From Acidobacteriota bacterium (GTDB taxonomy: Bacteria; Acidobacteriota; CAIWXX01), in the NCBI GenBank assembly GCA_040755995.1, contig JBFMAF010000036.1, positions 279,652 through 343,651 of the forward strand: DNA of 64,000 bases, read 5' to 3'. The position numbers and the translations under genes were made by a program. Positions 40,923 to 49,296 of the stretch are shown here, one piece after another (the first letter of the stretch is position 1; every line of letters begins with the position of its first letter). The notes beneath the pieces were generated by a model. The model did not search any database and was not told where the DNA came from. It saw only the letters and a program-made list of their open reading frames with translations.

Positions 40923-42065
40923 ATGATAGACAGACCCGTAGACAAGGCCGCAATCCGCAAGCTGATGGCGGGTTTCCCTGTGACTGCCATCCTTGGCCCA
41001 CGGCAAGCAGGAAAGACTACACTTGCGAGAGAGTTCGCCGCGGTCCATTTCTTTGACCTGGAAAACCCTCGGGACCTTGCCATGTTCGCCGAGCCGCAGC
41101 TCACGCTGGAGTCGCTCTCCGGACTGATCGTGATCGACGAGATCCAGCGGGTGCCGGAGCTGTTCCCACTGATCCGGCATCTGGTGGACACGCGTTCAGA
41201 CCAGCGTTATCTGATCTTGGGGAGCGCTTCTCGGCGTCTGATTCGCCAGTCATCGGAGTCGTTGGCTGGCCGGATCGCCATCCATGAGCTCGGGGGATTC
41301 CGTCTCTCGGATGTGGGAGCGGATCACTCGCGAGAGCTCTGGATGCGCGGTGGGTTGCCACCATCTTTCACCGCGGTCACGGATGACCACAGCCATCTCT
41401 GGCGAGAGCAGTACGTCACAACACTGCTCGAGCGCGATATTCCCCAACTTGGCATCACGATCCCTTCGGCGACCCTTCGACGCTTCTGGACCATGCTTTG
41501 CCACTGCCACGGTCAGGTCCTCAACCAGTCCGAACTGGCGCGTGCGTTCGGGATCTCCGACATGACCGTCAGGAATTATCTCGACATCTTGGAAGGAGCA
41601 TTCATGGTCCGTCTTCTCCAGCCCTGGTACATGAACATCGGCAAGCGCCTTGTGAAACGCCCCAAGCTGTATCTGCGGGACTCCGGTCTCCTGCACGCTC
41701 TGCTTGCCGTACGTTCGCACCGTGACTTGGCGGGGCACAACAAGATCGGGGCCTCATGGGAGGGGTTTGCGGTGGAGGCCGCCGCCCGCTCCATCGGCAA
41801 ACGCAACGACGAGCTCGCCTTCTGGTCCACGCACGCCGGGGCCGAGGTCGATCTGTTCTGGCAGGAACACGGCGAGAACTGGGCAGTTGAAGTAAAGTAC
41901 TCCGATGCGCCGCGGCTCACACGGTCGATGGCGATCGCCGTCGAAGATCTCGCGCTATCGCACCTGTGGGTGCTCTACCCTGGGAACGCGGCCTATCCCC
42001 TCGCTCCCAAGATCACCACCCTCCCGATCAGCAGTGTTGGGGCCGAGTGGTCGTATCCTAACTGA
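40923..42065 (+). CDS. AAA+ ATPase with DUF4143 domain
   Basis: GPRQAGKT, IDEIQ, LGSAS, ESLAGR, PKLYLRDSG, EVD...VEVK. Confidence 0.92.
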   Translation: MIDRPVDKAAIRKLMAGFPVTAILGPRQAGKTTLAREFAAVHFFDLENPRDLAMFAEPQLTLESLSGLIVIDEIQRVPELFPLIRHLVDTRSDQRYLILGSASRRLIRQSSESLAGRIAIHELGGFRLSDVGADHSRELWMRGGLPPSFTAVTDDHSHLWREQYVTTLLERDIPQLGITIPSATLRRFWTMLCHCHGQVLNQSELARAFGISDMTVRNYLDILEGAFMVRLLQPWYMNIGKRLVKRPKLYLRDSGLLHALLAVRSHRDLAGHNKIGASWEGFAVEAAARSIGKRNDELAFWSTHAGAEVDLFWQEHGENWAVEVKYSDAPRLTRSMAIAVEDLALSHLWVLYPGNAAYPLAPKITTLPISSVGAEWSYPN

Positions 42066-42258
42066 CCTCAGGCACAATCCCCATCCATCACTCGCCGAAG
42101 ACCAAGCAGCGCGCTCAGCGCTGCCTGCAGCACACGACGGGCGGCGCGCGACTTCTCACGCATTTCCACGCTGATCTCGTGCGCCTCGGAAGAACACATC
42201 GCCGGAGAAACCGCTGTCACAGCGTGGTATCATCTAGTGATGTCGGATGGAGTAGCAG

Positions 42259-42507
42259 ATGAGGAACACAGGAATGCATCAACTCACACTTCGCCTTCCT
42301 GAGCGTCTCTTCCAGTCTGTGAAGAGGCTGGCTCGGAGGCATCGCACCAGCGTCAATCGTCTGGCCCAGCAAGGGTTGAGGCGGATCATCGAGGATGAGC
42401 TTGCGAGGAAGATGAGCGATGCGTACGAAGCGCTCGGGAGGTCGAAACACGAGAGCGACGTGAACGCCTATTTCAAAGCACAGGCGGAGGTCGTTAATCG
42501 TGACTGA
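42259..42507 (+). CDS. Ribbon-helix-helix antitoxin
   Basis: QLTLRLPERL..VKRLA...SVN; overlaps the toxin start. Confidence 0.75.
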   Translation: MRNTGMHQLTLRLPERLFQSVKRLARRHRTSVNRLAQQGLRRIIEDELARKMSDAYEALGRSKHESDVNAYFKAQAEVVNRD

Positions 42508-42871
42508 GTATCAGCGCGTCAGCCGGGGCGAAATCAGGGAGGTGGACTGGTCGCCCGGACGTGGCTCGGAACAGACCGGGAGGAGGCCGGCTCTGATTGT
42601 CCAGAACGATCATGGTAACCACACCGAATCCTACCCGAACACGATCGTCGTCGCGGTGAGCTCGAAAGGCCGCAATATTCCATTCCATGTGCGCATTGTG
42701 CCATCCGCCCAGAATGGCCTGAAGACGGAATCCCACGTGAAGTGTGAGCAGATTCTGACGGTGAGCAAAGCACGCATCGTTGGGAGGGCATGGGGACGCC
42801 TGACGAACGAGGAGATGGCCGAGGTCGAGGAGGCGATCAGGCTGAGTCTGGGAATGACGAAGTCACGGTAG
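42500..42871 (+). CDS. mazF: PemK/MazF family endoribonuclease toxin
   Basis: RGEI..VD.SPGRGSEQTGRRPALIVQND, CEQILTVSK. Confidence 0.92.
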   Translation: MTEYQRVSRGEIREVDWSPGRGSEQTGRRPALIVQNDHGNHTESYPNTIVVAVSSKGRNIPFHVRIVPSAQNGLKTESHVKCEQILTVSKARIVGRAWGRLTNEEMAEVEEAIRLSLGMTKSR

Positions 42872-42991
42872 GACCGATGGGGAGTAGGCAATCGGGCGGG
42901 CGACTCCCGGGATGAGGTCACCGCACGAGGCCGTGACGAGGCGCCGGGGGTCCCACTCGGAGCAGTCGAAGAGGATGCGCCTGTCCACCCG

Positions 42992-43198
42992 CTACTTCCG
43001 CCCTCCGCGCAGCCGCGCTGTCTCCTCGGAGAGCACCTCGCATGTGTGCGGATCGAGGGCGATGGCGTAGAGATCGCGGGCGCTTTCGAGCGAGAGGATG
43101 CCGCCGCGGACCTCCTGCTGCACTTTTTCTATCGGGCGTTCGGTGGGCGGGCCGTACCCGCCGCCTCCGCCGGCGTGCTGGACGTATGTTGTGCCTGC
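42992..43198 (-). pseudogene. 3' tail of hydantoinase B (copy 1)
   Basis: AGTTYVQHAGGGGGYGPPTERPIEKV..ETARLRG matches 49295-49489. Confidence 0.92.
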
Positions 43199-43331
43199 GT
43201 GGATTCGCGAACATAGCCGCATACGTGAACGGATTTCGGTCTGGAGCACTGTTCAGTCTAGCGCCCGTATGAACGAGGTCGAGTGGCCCGTCGTGCTTCT
43301 CAAGAAACACGGACCGAACAAGGACAAGGAC

Positions 43332-43365
43332 TTGACGTCTTCGAAGCCGTACAGTATCATGTACA
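43332..43365 (+). promoter_or_regulatory. yefM-yoeB promoter/operator
   Basis: TTGACG-N17-TATCAT; CGTACA (43348) and TGTACA (43360) 12 bp apart, resembling the TGTACA operator of E. coli yefM-yoeB. Confidence 0.7.
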
Positions 43366-43369
43366 TATC

Positions 43370-43621
43370 ATGAGAGCAATGACGTACACAGAGGCGAGAG
43401 AGAGACTATCCGAGACGATCGAACGCGTCTGCGAAGACCATGACCCCGTCACCATCACCAAGCGCCGGGACAGGGCGGTGATCATGATGTCTCTCGATGA
43501 TTACGAGTCGCTTCGGGAGACATCCTACCTTCTCAGGAGCCCGCGCAACGCCAGGCGACTTCTCGAATCCATTCGGGAGCTCGAGGAAGGGAAGGGGAGG
43601 GAGAGGAAGCTCCGCGAGTGA
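43370..43621 (+). CDS. yefM: YefM/Phd antitoxin
   Basis: MTYTEAR, PVTIT, ETSYLLRSPRNARRL. Confidence 0.93.
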   Translation: MRAMTYTEARERLSETIERVCEDHDPVTITKRRDRAVIMMSLDDYESLRETSYLLRSPRNARRLLESIRELEEGKGRERKLRE

Positions 43622-43869
43622 AGATCATTCTCTCTTCGCAATCATGGGAGGAGTACCTGTACTGGCAGAAGACGGATCGCCAGATGCTCAAGAGGATCAA
43701 CACCCTCATCAAGGACATAAGCCGAGACCCCTTCACAGGAACAGGGAAACCGGAGCCGCTGAAACACGCGTTGGCGGGCTACTGGTCACGACGGATCAAC
43801 GACCAACATCGCCTTGTCTACAAGGTGGAAGGGGACTCGCTTTTCATAGCGCAGCTCCGCTATCACTAG
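43618..43869 (+). CDS. yoeB: YoeB/Txe toxin
   Basis: WEEYLYWQ, GKPEPLK, WSRRIN..HRLVY, RYH. Confidence 0.95.
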   Translation: MKIILSSQSWEEYLYWQKTDRQMLKRINTLIKDISRDPFTGTGKPEPLKHALAGYWSRRINDQHRLVYKVEGDSLFIAQLRYH

Positions 43870-44379
43870 TGAGCCGAAAGGCGGCATGCTGCGCGACGGC
43901 CGCGAGGGAGCACGTTCAGACCTACGTGTAGCGGATTTGTCGCCGGTCGGTGGGCGGTGTCCGTGGTGCCCGGCTAGACATCTGGGCCGTTGCTCGGCTC
44001 TTTTCGGCCTCCTTGAACTGCCCCTTCCCGACACCCGTCTTCATCCGTTCTGACCCACCGGAAGACACGGACCTGGGGACCTGGGCCTTGCCGCAGCGCC
44101 TTTCCGCGGTCCTCGACGGAAAGAGCCAAGTCCTCTTTGGTCCGATCGGTGAGAGTGCTCACGTCTTCAACTCCTCGCCGCGGTGCTCACAACAACCGGT
44201 CTTTTTCGCAGAGCTCCCTGCCTTCCCTTTGAGATCGGCTTTCACCCGCGCATCTATCCTGCAAATGGCCGGCTTTCTCAGGCGACGGAAGAGCCGCGTG
44301 TTCACGAACAAGTGGGAAGCTGGCTGTTGGACGCGAGGCCGCTGCGTGTGTAGGATTCGATCCTGAAAGGAGACCCACG

Positions 44380-45384
44380 ATGCGGAGATTCCATGCGATC
44401 CTGCCGATTGCGCTCACCGCGCTTCTCGTCGCGCCGGAAGCGGCGCAGGCTGAGTCGACTGACGGCGCCAAGGTCGTCGAGTTGGCCAAGGGACTGTACA
44501 CGATCACAGGCTGGCCTGATTCAGGAAACCCTGCCTTCTTCGTCACCGGAGAAGGTGTGGTAGTCTTCGATTCGGGGGAATCCCCCCAGCGCGGACGCGC
44601 GATCGCGGCAAAGGTGAGGGAGACCACGGACCGGCCGATCAAGTACCTCGTCCTTACGCACTACCACGGCGACCACACCTACGGCCTCCAGAGTTTCCCC
44701 GACGGCACCATAGTCATCGGCAGCCACGAGGTTGCCGTGAACATCCTCCGGTTCAACGCCGAAGAGGCGAAGGGCCTTCCGTCGCGGCTCGCAGACACCC
44801 AGAAGAGGCTGGCCGAACTGGGCAAGGAGACATCACCTGAGGCAAGAGCCGAGGAACAGAGCCTGAAGGGACGCCTGCAAGCCCTCCAGCAGCTCGCGGA
44901 TCTACAGATCCGCTACCCCGACATCACCTTTCAAGACCGGCTGGGGATTCACTTGGGAGGGAAGACCCTGGAAGTCATCCGACCCGGGAGGACTCACACG
45001 AGTTGCAGCTGCGTGGTCAGGATTCCCGATCTCAAGGCGGTGATCATGGGGGACATGCTCTTCAACTACTCCCATCCCTACATCGACTACGACGCGGGAT
45101 CGGACACGGAGCGCTGGATGGAGTTCCTGCGGGAGAGTCTGACCTGGGACCTGGATGTAGTAGTGCCGGGCCACGGCCCTGCCGGCGGAAAGAAACACAT
45201 CGAGAGACAGATCCAGTACCTCGCCGATCTCAGGAAGGAGGTCGAGGACGCCATCCGCAAGGGGATGACGATCGAGGAGGCCAAGAAGGCCGTCACGATG
45301 GATGCCTACCGCGAGTACGAGTGGCCGGAAGGCCTGACATACGGAATCGAGGCCGTCTATCGGGAATTGAAGCGCACACCCTAG
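44380..45384 (+). CDS. Secreted MBL-fold metallo-hydrolase (cyclase-like)
   Basis: THYHGDH, HT, GDM, VPGHG; signal peptide. Confidence 0.88.
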   Translation: MRRFHAILPIALTALLVAPEAAQAESTDGAKVVELAKGLYTITGWPDSGNPAFFVTGEGVVVFDSGESPQRGRAIAAKVRETTDRPIKYLVLTHYHGDHTYGLQSFPDGTIVIGSHEVAVNILRFNAEEAKGLPSRLADTQKRLAELGKETSPEARAEEQSLKGRLQALQQLADLQIRYPDITFQDRLGIHLGGKTLEVIRPGRTHTSCSCVVRIPDLKAVIMGDMLFNYSHPYIDYDAGSDTERWMEFLRESLTWDLDVVVPGHGPAGGKKHIERQIQYLADLRKEVEDAIRKGMTIEEAKKAVTMDAYREYEWPEGLTYGIEAVYRELKRTP

Positions 45385-45988
45385 CGCGCACGCGACTTCC
45401 GGCGAGCCATCCGGCTCGGCAGACTGCTTCGTCAGGAAGATGAAGCCATCCTGGCGGATCTGGTGCCGCAGACCACTAAGACAATCGTTGACACTGCTTC
45501 CGATTTGCATGATATTCAGCACATGGCCTCACGAATCCCCAAGTTCGACCGAGCGCTCAAGCGAGTCCCCAGGCTGGCCCTCGGCGAGGTAGCTGCAAAC
45601 CTCCACCGCCTCGCCGTCGCGACCCAGCGCGTGCAGCAGGTAGGCGAAGGTGCTGGCGTCTTCGACCGATCGGCCGCTGGTCCATGAGATCCCAGTCGCC
45701 AGCTTCTTCTTGAGACTCGCGATGACCTTGGACTCATCTTCCCTGGCCTCGTCCAGTATCACGCGCGGGAGTTTCGATGTCGATGAGCGAGAGCAGCCGA
45801 CGCTCTGGACGTTGCGTGCTATTCCTGTGGCGGAATCGGCCCAGGGATGCTGGCACGGGTTTCGCTTGCTCGGGACATGAGCAGGGGGCACGCGTGGGCA
45901 CGTGCATGACCGAGTATGAGTATGAGGAAAGAGAAAAGGCGAGTGCTCTTGACGATTTCGTTGTATCGATTCAGAATGGAGGCAGTTT

Positions 45989-47281
45989 GTGGCGAGGAGT
46001 TCTGTCCATATTGAACCAGGGTCCAAGGGGCGCCTAAGGGTGATTATGCCCTATGAGTCGGAGCGAGTGGCGAAGATCAGGGCGAACCCTGATCGGCGCT
46101 GGCATCCCGTAGAGAAGTACTGGACGGTGCCGGACGCCGAGGGAATGCTGCCTCGACTTCTCGCCCTCTTCGCGGGAGAACCGGTTGAGGTGGACCCTTC
46201 GCTTCGTCCGGCTTGCCCGCTAGTCCAGCGCCCGGGGCAATCCGAACCAGCCGTCTGGAGTGGGACAGCAACCCGGCTGACCGTGAGCTCCACAAGGTTG
46301 GATGGGAAGACCACGGGAACTCCGCCATCTCAGTTCCTGGATCGGGTGTACGAGGCCATTCGAGCCCGGCACTACAGCGAACGAACCGAGCAAGCATATG
46401 TGGGGTGGATCAGGCGGTTTGTCGGCTTTCATGGAAACCGGCGTCCGTCGGAGATGGGCGAGGCCGAGGTTAACCGGTTCTTGACCGACCTCGCTGTCAG
46501 CCAGAAAGTGAGTGCCTCAACTCAAAATCAGGCCCTCTCGGCGCTCCTGTTGCTCTATCGGCACGTGTTGAACCGCCCGATGGGTGATCTCGGGCAAGTG
46601 ATCCGGGCTCGGAAGCCGGAGCGCCTCCCCGTGGTCATGACACGCAAGGAGGTGAAGGCCGTGCTGGCGAACTTGAGGGGCGAGAAGTGGCTGCAGGCCT
46701 CGCTCATGTACGGGGCGGGGTTGCTTCTGATGGAGTGCTTGCGCTTACGGGTTCAGGATATTGACTTCTTGCGTAACGAGATCCTTGTGCGAGATGGTAA
46801 GGGCGCCAGAGACCGCATCACGATGTTGCCCCAATCGCTCAAGGCGCCGCTTCAGGAGCATCTCAAGTAAGTCATGGAGGTACACGAACGCGACCTACTG
46901 GAAGGCTGGGGTCGCGTCCTATTGCCGGACGCACTGGACCGCAAGTATCCCAACGCCTCGAAGGACTGGCGTTGGCAATGGGTTTTCCCACAGGAGAACC
47001 GATGGAGGAACCTGAAGACCGGCAAGGAAGGTCGGCATCATATCGATGAATCGCTCATCCAGAAAGCCGTGCGCGAGGCGGTCTCGAAGGCGGGCTTGAC
47101 GAAGCGGGCCACATGCCACACCTTTCGACATTCCTTCGCCACCCACTTGCTCGAAGGCGGGTACGACATCCGGACGGTGCAGGAACTGCTGGGTCACAGC
47201 GATGTTACGACGACGATGATCTATGCGCATGTCCTCAACCGTGGGCCGGCCGGCGTGCGCAGTCCGGTTGACGGACTTTGA
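45989..47281 (+). pseudogene. intI: Integron integrase with extra N-terminal domain; inactivated
   Basis: [10 protein letters not shown], IntI-specific [17 protein letters not shown] patch, [15 protein letters not shown]; in-frame TAA at 46868-46870; catalytic Arg replaced by Leu (CTT 46724). Confidence 0.92.
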
Positions 47282-47429
47282 GGCAATCAGGAGGACTTAT
47301 GCCGATCCGCATAAGACGGGAGGACTGGTCAAGCATCGGACGCAAGTACATGAGCCAGCAGCAGCCATGGCGATTCTGCCAGACGATTCACTCGGGTGCT
47401 ATGCCGACAAGAAACCGAGATTCGGCAGC

Positions 47430-47459
47430 TTATCCGGATCAGTCTAATTATTGTTAGGC
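47430..47459 (+). mobile_element. Putative attI site downstream of intI
   Basis: GTTAGGC core at 47453-47459, the exact complement of GCCTAAC closing cassette 1. Confidence 0.65.
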
Positions 47460-47485
47460 CGCTCAAGGCCGGGGACCGATCAGAG

Positions 47486-48013
47486 ATGATCAAGACTACC
47501 GCTCGCTTGGCGACCCGACTGGGCCTCGTTGTGGCAGTTGTCGGAACGATTGGGTGCGACCGTGTAACAAAGCACTTGGCTACGAGTGCACTCGCGGGCA
47601 TGCCCAGTCGGTCCTATCTCGCCGATACGGTCTGGCTTGGATACACCGAGAATAGCGGCGGGTTCCTGAGCGTTGGCGCCGATCTGCCACCAGGCGCTCG
47701 AACGCTGATCTTCACGTGTGGCACTGGACTGATGTTGGTCGCCCTAAGCCTGCTTGCAATGCGGCACAGGTGGCGCGGCTGGCCAGCGATCGGTTTGGCA
47801 CTGCTTGTCGCCGGTGGTACCTCGAACTGGATCGACCGCGTCGTTCGTGGCAGTGTCGTCGATTTCCTGAATGTAGGCATCGGTCCCCTTCGAACCGGCG
47901 TTTTCAACGTCGCTGACATGGCGATCATGCTTGGGGCAGTCATCGTCGTCGTCAGCTTCCGCCACACGACGAAGGGACCGAGGACTGTGGCCAAGAACGA
48001 CGGCACGGCCTAA
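47486..48013 (+). CDS. lspA: Lipoprotein signal peptidase II (integron cassette 1)
   Basis: CDRVTK, ENSGGF, GG.SNWIDR, VVDF, FNVAD; stop codon lies within attC R''. Confidence 0.9.
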   Translation: MIKTTARLATRLGLVVAVVGTIGCDRVTKHLATSALAGMPSRSYLADTVWLGYTENSGGFLSVGADLPPGARTLIFTCGTGLMLVALSLLAMRHRWRGWPAIGLALLVAGGTSNWIDRVVRGSVVDFLNVGIGPLRTGVFNVADMAIMLGAVIVVVSFRHTTKGPRTVAKNDGTA

Positions 48014-48085
48014 CATGCGCTGCACCCGACGCCGCCCGCGTCGCTCGCGCGCCGCAGTCGGCGCGGGTGAGCGCCAACGTTATAC
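48008..48085 (+). mobile_element. attC site
   Basis: GCCTAAC-ATGCGCTGCACCCGAC ... GCGGGTGAGCGCCAAC-GTTATAC imperfect hairpin. Confidence 0.9.
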
Positions 48086-48115
48086 CGCTGTGCATAGTGC
48101 AGATGGAGGAAGACA

Positions 48116-49261
48116 GTGACCGATGAATGTGTCCGTGACTTTGGACCGTTTACTGGGGTCACGTGGTTGAACTGTGCCCATCAAGGCCCGTTGCCGCGTA
48201 TCGCGGCCGAAGAAGCTTATGAGGCGATAGCGTGGAAAGTCGCCCCTTATGAACTTACCACAGAACGATTCAATCGCGTTCCGGCACGCCTTAAAAGCGC
48301 TTTGGCTCGGCTTATTGGAGCTTCTGCGGATGAGATCATTCTGGGAAATAGTGCTTCCTACGGACTTCACCTCCTGGCTAATGGAATCCCCTGGGGGCAA
48401 GGAGACGAAGTTCTCCTCGTCGCGGGCGACTTTCCATCTGACATTCTCCCGTGGCTGCGGCTCGAAAAATATGGCGTTCGTATCTGCCTACTCCATTGCC
48501 AAAACCCGCTTCCCGATCCGGATGAGCTTGACAGGGCTCTGTCCCCTCGAACGCGGCTCTTTTGCTCCACCTGGGTTCACTCTTTTTCCGGCGTGACCGC
48601 TGATCTCGAAGGACTTGGCTCCGTCCGCCGTCGGAATGGTGTCACCTTTGTCGTCAACGCCTCTCAGGCGCTTGGTGCATGCCCGCTAGATGTACGGGTG
48701 GTTCCAATTGATGCTGTCGTCTGCGTCGGTTTCAAATGGCTGTGCGGTGCCTGTGGAACAGGTTTCTGTTGGATGAAACCGGAGCTATTGGCTTCGCTTC
48801 AGTGCAACCAATCCTATTGGCTTGCCGAAATGACAGCGGATGATTTAGGCAAAGAAAGCGTCGAGCCACATCTGCCAAAGGGTCCGCCCACGGCACGCAC
48901 CTACGATGTGTTCGGCACAGCCAGTTTTTTCAATTTCAAACCTTGGGCGGCCTCGGTAGAGTACCTGTTGGCGAAAGATATCGAACGCATTGCCGCCTAC
49001 GACCAAGACCTTGTGGATCAGCTCAGTGCTGGCCTAGATCCGAACAAATATGCTTTGACAAGCCCACCTGCTGGGGCGGCGCGTTCGACGCTGGTGTTTG
49101 TCTCGCATCGCGACCCCAGGCGTAACGATGAGATCCAAATGAAACTCAAGAATGCTGGCATCGAGGCGGCATATCGGAATGAAAGATTGCGTTTCTCACC
49201 TCATCTGTACCATACAAGTGCAGACATCACAAAAGCGTTGGCTGTGCTCAACGCTGCGTAA
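48116..49261 (+). CDS. Class V aminotransferase-fold PLP enzyme (integron cassette 2)
   Basis: WLNCAHQGP, VVNASQ, FKWLCG, LRFSPHLY; visibly lower GC than its flanks. Confidence 0.85.
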   Translation: MTDECVRDFGPFTGVTWLNCAHQGPLPRIAAEEAYEAIAWKVAPYELTTERFNRVPARLKSALARLIGASADEIILGNSASYGLHLLANGIPWGQGDEVLLVAGDFPSDILPWLRLEKYGVRICLLHCQNPLPDPDELDRALSPRTRLFCSTWVHSFSGVTADLEGLGSVRRRNGVTFVVNASQALGACPLDVRVVPIDAVVCVGFKWLCGACGTGFCWMKPELLASLQCNQSYWLAEMTADDLGKESVEPHLPKGPPTARTYDVFGTASFFNFKPWAASVEYLLAKDIERIAAYDQDLVDQLSAGLDPNKYALTSPPAGAARSTLVFVSHRDPRRNDEIQMKLKNAGIEAAYRNERLRFSPHLYHTSADITKALAVLNAA

Positions 49262-49269
49262 GGGAAGCG

Positions 49270-49296
49270 GTATAACAAGCGCCTATACCGGCGTTC
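49270..49296 (+). mobile_element. Truncated attC (left half) merged with the hydantoinase B stop region
   Basis: GTATAAC complements the GTTATAC opening cassette 2; followed by AAGCGCCTATACCGG; no right arm. Confidence 0.7.

Noticed and set aside
43870..44370. Small ORFs downstream of yoeB
   Set aside because: No recognisable motif; only a weak RBS supports 43974-44162.
44380..45384. MBL-fold protein as a true beta-lactamase resistance gene
   Set aside because: Motif spacing and the helical insertion fit the broad cyclase-like MBL hydrolases; there is no specific evidence for beta-lactam activity.
45529..45790. Protein-like minus-strand stretch (LDEAREDESKVIASLKKKL...AYLLHALGRDGEAVEVC)
   Set aside because: Probably a gene remnant, but neither a start nor a family can be assigned from sequence alone.
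48116..49261. Cassette enzyme as a kynureninase belonging to the Trp pathway
   Set aside because: It is an opposite-strand integron cassette, and kynureninase-specific motifs were not recognised.
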